Part shown: one piece after another, positions 60,090 to 64,000 of the stretch
How positions within the stretch are numbered: the stretch's first letter is position 1
Layout: each line of letters begins with the position of its first letter
DNA from: Pontiella sp.
GTDB lineage: Bacteria > Verrucomicrobiota > Kiritimatiellia > Kiritimatiellales > Pontiellaceae
Assembly: GCA_050290185.1 (NCBI GenBank)
Contig: JBNKHE010000009.1
Coordinates: forward strand, 64,001-128,000
Direction: 5' to 3'
Length of the DNA stretch: 64,000 nucleotides
Translations under genes and position numbers: made by a program
Notes under the pieces: generated by a model
Told to the model about the DNA's origin: nothing
Seen by the model: only the letters and a program-made list of their open reading frames with translations
The model's database searches: none

Positions 60090-61169
60090 ATGGAATCCAT
60101 CCAACAACTCAAGCGTCTGTTCACCGTGTCCGCCAAGCGCGGGCAAGTACCGGGAACGATGGTCTACACGGGTAAGCGCAAGGATGAGCCGTTGCGCATC
60201 ACCGTTATCGACTACAACGCCGACAACATATCCGAGAAGGCGGATGCCCGGATCGAGGATTGCGTGGCCTGCAAGGATTCCGGCACGGTTTCGTGGATCA
60301 ATATCGATGGACTCAATGACACTTCCGTCATCGAAAAGATCGGCGAAACGTTCGATATTCATCCGTTGGTGCTCGAGGATATCCTGCACACCACCCAGCG
60401 GCCCAAGCTCGAAGACCATGCCGACTATCTTTTCCTGGTGGTCCGCATGCTCTACATCCCTCCAGGTGCCGAGGAAATCCAGTCGGAGCAGCTGAGCTTC
60501 ATCCTGACCGAAAATTGCCTGTTCACCTTTCAGGAGCGGGCCGGCGACGTGTTTGATGAAGTCCGCGACCGTATCCGCCAAAACCACGGGCGCGTCCGCA
60601 AAATGGGGGCGGACTATCTGCTCTATGCGCTCATGGACGCCATCGTCGACAACTATTTCCTGATCATGGAAACCACCGGCGAGAAGATTGAGGATATCGA
60701 GCAGTCGATGATGGAAAACCCAAATTCACTTTTGCTGAACAAGCTCTACCGGATGAAGCGCGAGCTCCTCTACATCCGCAAGTCGACCTGGCCCCTGCGC
60801 GAAGCGGTCGGCGGGCTGGAGCGCGGGGAATCCACCCTGCTCAAGAAAAAAACCTCGGTCTATATCCGCGACCTCTATGACCATACCATCCAGGTTATCG
60901 ACACAGTCGAAACCTTCCGCGACATGCTCAGCGGCGTGCAGGATCTCTATCTCTCCAGCATGGGGCAGAAAACAAACCAGGTGATGCAGGTGCTCACCGT
61001 TATTGCCACGATATTCATCCCGCTCACCTTCGTGGCCGGCATTTACGGCATGAATTTCGAGTTCATGCCGGAGCTGCACTGGAAATACAGCTATCCCGTA
61101 ATCTGGCTGGCGATGATCCTGATTGCCGTCGGCATGCTCGCCTACTTCCGCCGGAAAAAGTGGTTTTAG
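60090..61169 (+). CDS. corA: Magnesium/cobalt transporter CorA
   Basis: HPLVLEDI, QRPKLE, DLYDH, FIPLTFVAGIYGMNFEFMPEL. Confidence 0.95.
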   Translation: MESIQQLKRLFTVSAKRGQVPGTMVYTGKRKDEPLRITVIDYNADNISEKADARIEDCVACKDSGTVSWINIDGLNDTSVIEKIGETFDIHPLVLEDILHTTQRPKLEDHADYLFLVVRMLYIPPGAEEIQSEQLSFILTENCLFTFQERAGDVFDEVRDRIRQNHGRVRKMGADYLLYALMDAIVDNYFLIMETTGEKIEDIEQSMMENPNSLLLNKLYRMKRELLYIRKSTWPLREAVGGLERGESTLLKKKTSVYIRDLYDHTIQVIDTVETFRDMLSGVQDLYLSSMGQKTNQVMQVLTVIATIFIPLTFVAGIYGMNFEFMPELHWKYSYPVIWLAMILIAVGMLAYFRRKKWF

Positions 61170-61228
61170 GTGCCGAGGTGGTAGTGCCCGTGGGCAGGCG
61201 GTGCAGGGCTGGCTCCTTGAGCCCGCCT

Positions 61229-61251
61229 CCGCGATCCTGGATCGCGGCTAC
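61229..61251 (-). repeat. GTAG-type REP-like palindrome
   Basis: Minus strand GTAG-CCGCGATCC-A-GGATCGCGG. Confidence 0.6.
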
Positions 61252-61307
61252 ATGGATCCTGTAGAATATTGCAGAAACCTTGGTGCTGTTCCTGCTAAGT
61301 TTGCCTC

Positions 61308-62291
61308 ATGCAGTTTATCAACGCGTCCATTTCAAGCCTCGGTGCATTTGCGCCCTATGTCTGCCTCATTCTCTTTCTTCTGGCGAGCCTGCTGGTGGTT
61401 TGGCGGTTGGAGGTGCTGTCGGGTCAGGGGGTGGAAGGCACGGTTCTCGGCACGATCTTCATGCCGTTCTGCTCGGGTATGGGCAACATCGTCTTTGCCG
61501 TGGTCATGGCTCGGAACGCAGGTAGCGGAGATGACGTGCTGATCAACTGCCTCTTCAACAACGTGACCAATCTGACGCTGCTCATCGGCGCACCGGTGCT
61601 GATCTGGAGCATGGCCAGCATTCCGCGCAAGAAAACCCAAGTAGCCTTGCGCGAGTTCCGGATGGGGCGGTTGTCGTTGGCGCTCAATCTGGTGGCCGCG
61701 CTTTTCTTTTCCTTCATCGTGTGGCTGTTGGCGGCCGATGGTGAATTGGCGCGAACCGACGGTGTAGTGCTACTGTCGCTCTTTATCTTCTGGCAGTGCT
61801 TCCACGTCTACGATGTCAAAAAGACCAATCTGCTCAAAAAGAAGAGCTATCCCAAAACCCTTCCGATCGACGTTGCTCTTCTGCTGGTCGGCGCCTTCGC
61901 GATCTTTGTCAGCACCGATTGGCTGGTGCAATGGTTCCAGTCATTCGAGAGCGATCATTTTCCGCCGCGTCTGTTGGGGTGGGCGAGTGGTGTGCTGATG
62001 GTGTTGCCAAATGCGCTACTGGCCTTTTACTACGGCGCCAAAAACCGCATGGACGTGGTCTATACCTCGCAATCGGGCGACGCCCATATCTGCATTCCGC
62101 TCTGCATCGGTTTGTTTGCTTCCATGCAGGCCATCCCGACCGGCGCGTTTTTGCAGCGGTCGCTTCTCATGCTTATGGGGCTATGCGCAGCGCATCTGCT
62201 GTTTGTAGTCGTGGTGGGGCGGCTGCCACGCCTGTTTGCCGCATTGTTCCTCGCGGCATTCGGCTATTTCCTGTGGGCGGGTCTGGCGTAG
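61308..62291 (+). CDS. Polytopic membrane protein with CaCA-like two-repeat architecture
   Basis: About 10 TMs, GTVLGT...NNVTNLTL in the first half, LMVLPN...GDAHIC in the second half; canonical acidic residues absent. Confidence 0.6.
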   Translation: MQFINASISSLGAFAPYVCLILFLLASLLVVWRLEVLSGQGVEGTVLGTIFMPFCSGMGNIVFAVVMARNAGSGDDVLINCLFNNVTNLTLLIGAPVLIWSMASIPRKKTQVALREFRMGRLSLALNLVAALFFSFIVWLLAADGELARTDGVVLLSLFIFWQCFHVYDVKKTNLLKKKSYPKTLPIDVALLLVGAFAIFVSTDWLVQWFQSFESDHFPPRLLGWASGVLMVLPNALLAFYYGAKNRMDVVYTSQSGDAHICIPLCIGLFASMQAIPTGAFLQRSLLMLMGLCAAHLLFVVVVGRLPRLFAALFLAAFGYFLWAGLA

Positions 62292-62296
62292 CGTGC

Positions 62297-62346
62297 TGGA
62301 GGGTCGCAGGCCTCTGCGACCGGGCGGTTAGGCCACCACCCCTCCA
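62297..62346. repeat. Paired REP-like elements (family 2)
   Basis: TGGAGGGTCGCAG-gcct-CTGCGACC ... CCCCTCCA between convergent genes. Confidence 0.55.
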
Positions 62347-62763
62347 TCAGGAAATGGGATCCGAAATAAACGCTTCGACCAGCTCGGAAAAGTGGATCTG
62401 TGCCGTGGTCCATTTCGGGTTGCTGGTGATTTCCCCGGTGCTTTTGGCCGTGTTGTTGAACAGCACGAAAATATTTTCGCCGGCGCAGATATGGGCATCG
62501 AATCCGGAGCCATAGCCCTCGTGCGAGAAGGCAAAGTCGCCCACTTGCGTATTTGCGGGATCCAGCGTATTGCGCAGGGCGGCGAGATCGGCATTAAAGT
62601 TTTCCAGAAAGGCGTTTTTGCGGGTGCCGCCATATTCGATCAGCTTCCAGCCTGTAGTGGTTTTTTCTACCAGTGCCCATTCATTGAACACCGGTTCATC
62701 TACAACCCGTTCCATGCTGATCAATGCGGTTTCAATATGGTCTGCCACGGCTTCCTTGTTCAT
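62347..62763 (-). CDS. Hypothetical protein
   Basis: 138-aa ORF with AAGGGG RBS that fills the gap; no motif recognised. Confidence 0.7.
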   Translation of the reverse strand: MNKEAVADHIETALISMERVVDEPVFNEWALVEKTTTGWKLIEYGGTRKNAFLENFNADLAALRNTLDPANTQVGDFAFSHEGYGSGFDAHICAGENIFVLFNNTAKSTGEITSNPKWTTAQIHFSELVEAFISDPIS

Positions 62764-62844
62764 TCTAATCCCCTTGTAAAAGTTGGTCTCCTAGTCTAGC
62801 GATTTCCGGGCCAATCTCAACTATGTTCTCGAGTGCGACGACTT

Positions 62845-62946
62845 CGGCCGGTGCGCAGCTATGCGGGTTCGCGGGGCATCCTGGTCAAGACCGATGAAAT
62901 TGACGCCCGGGTGATCACGATGTTCAGTGAAACCGCCAAGCCCCGC
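62845..62946 (+). mobile_element. IS110-family transposase remnant
   Basis: RPVRSYAGSRGILVKTDEIDARVITMFSETAKPR matches the IS110 P.QVR.FA...G...KTD..DA..IA.F segment; no full ORF. Confidence 0.7.
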
Positions 62947-63121
62947 GTTATTGGTGCCATGTCCGCCTGGTACGCTCCGCTAAACGATAGATGTCATTTT
63001 GTTCACTATCTGCCAAGGCAATGCGGAATCAACGAAGCCGACTATTCATGTATGATCCGCCGTTGCCGGTGACCGTTGCGTTCCGCGTTGCTGCACACAT
63101 CGCAGGGTCAATGGTTGCCGT

Positions 63122-63592
63122 CTAATGCACGTCTTCACCGCGAACCATGTGCAGGGCGTGTTCGAGGGAACGGAGGATTTCGTGCATGTATTCGCGGACG
63201 GCTTTGACGCTGCCGGGCAGGGTGTAGACGAGGGTGGTGCCGATGACGCCGGCGACGGAGCGGGAGAGCAGTGCCGAAGGCAGTCTCTCGCCGTGCTTGG
63301 TGCGGATGAATTCCATGATGCCGGGAATTTCGCGGTCGAGCATGGGGTTGATGACGTCGGGCGTAATGTCGCGTGGGCCGATGCCGGTGCCGCCGGTGGT
63401 GATGATCACGTCGAATTTCGGTGCCCGCTTTATCTGCTCGCGCAGCGTGTCGGCGTCGTCGCCGATCAGGACCGATTCAATGTCGGCATCTGCGAAATGG
63501 GCCTTCAGCAACTGGACGATCTCCGGCCCGCTGCGGTCTTCATATTCCCCGCGCACCGCACGGTCGGAAAGGGTAATAACTAAAACTGTCAT
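63122..63592 (-). CDS. mog: Molybdopterin adenylyltransferase MogA/MoaB family
   Basis: TLSDR, DRSG, TTGGTGIGPRDITP, SRSVAG, LPGS. Confidence 0.9.
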   Translation of the reverse strand: MTVLVITLSDRAVRGEYEDRSGPEIVQLLKAHFADADIESVLIGDDADTLREQIKRAPKFDVIITTGGTGIGPRDITPDVINPMLDREIPGIMEFIRTKHGERLPSALLSRSVAGVIGTTLVYTLPGSVKAVREYMHEILRSLEHALHMVRGEDVH

Positions 63593-63615
63593 TGCTTATT
63601 CCTCGGTGGGATTTC

Positions 63616-63690
63616 GACAAAATGATTATGGACAAAATAATTTTCCGATCGACTGCTGCATCGAATCATTCTGTCCATAATCATTTTTTC
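63616..63690. repeat. 27-bp imperfect inverted repeat with internal tandem units
   Basis: GACAAAATGATTATGGACAAAATAATT versus reverse complement of 63664-63690 (24/27 match). Confidence 0.75.
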
Positions 63691-64000
63691 GGATTCTGTT
63701 TCGTTTTTTCGAGCAGGATGATGTTTCCGATTTCCATGGTTTTGTCGACGGCCTTGCACATGTCGTAGATGGTGAGCAGGGCGGTGGAGACGGCGGTGAG
63801 GGCTTCCATCTCGACGCCGGTCTGGCCTGTGCAGATGACGGTGCTTTCGACGCGGATTCCGGAGGCTTCCGGCACGGCTTTGACGTCGATCTTCGAGAGC
63901 AAGAGGGGATGGCAGAGCGGGATCAGTTCGCCGGTTTTCTTGGCGGCCATGACGCCCGCCAGCTCGGCGGTGAGCAGTACGTTGCCCTTTTTCATTTGGT
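63681..64000 (-). CDS. moaC: Cyclic pyranopterin monophosphate synthase, C-terminal part (5' end outside window)
   Basis: [37 protein letters not shown]. Confidence 0.95.
   Translation of the reverse strand, partial: QMKKGNVLLTAELAGVMAAKKTGELIPLCHPLLLSKIDVKAVPEASGIRVESTVICTGQTGVEMEALTAVSTALLTIYDMCKAVDKTMEIGNIILLEKTKQNPKK

Overview
Gene-dense bacterial chromosomal window. The gene content, a PEP-CTERM protein and PVC-type protein families suggest a Kiritimatiellota/Verrucomicrobia-like organism, which is an inference. It carries scpA(3')-scpB-pheA and the nucleoside salvage genes cdd, punA and pdp. There are two large multi-PAS hybrid histidine kinases and a stand-alone receiver. A hexuronate cluster holds a divergent uxuA opposite PfkB kinase-gnd-LarA-family epimerase-uxaE-uxaC. 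Next come an Uup ABC-F gene, cysJIH, and a futalosine menaquinone cluster with a nucleosidase-UbiA fusion. Three tandem secreted trypsin-like paralogues sit behind a YD-like protein, followed by lgt, tcdA and a four-gene partial mevalonate operon. A porin-FMN-binding-RnfC-like-RnfD-like operon lies behind DtxR-type palindromes. The end of the window has gap, a PEP-CTERM cassette bracketed by a duplicated gap 3' end and terminator, corA, an IS110 remnant and mog/moaC. I recognised no rRNA, tRNA or CRISPR array. The best novelty candidates are the mini-Rnf/porin operon, the gap-3'-bracketed cassette, the MqnB-MqnP fusion and the protease triplet. All family calls come from reading motifs by eye; no database search was run.
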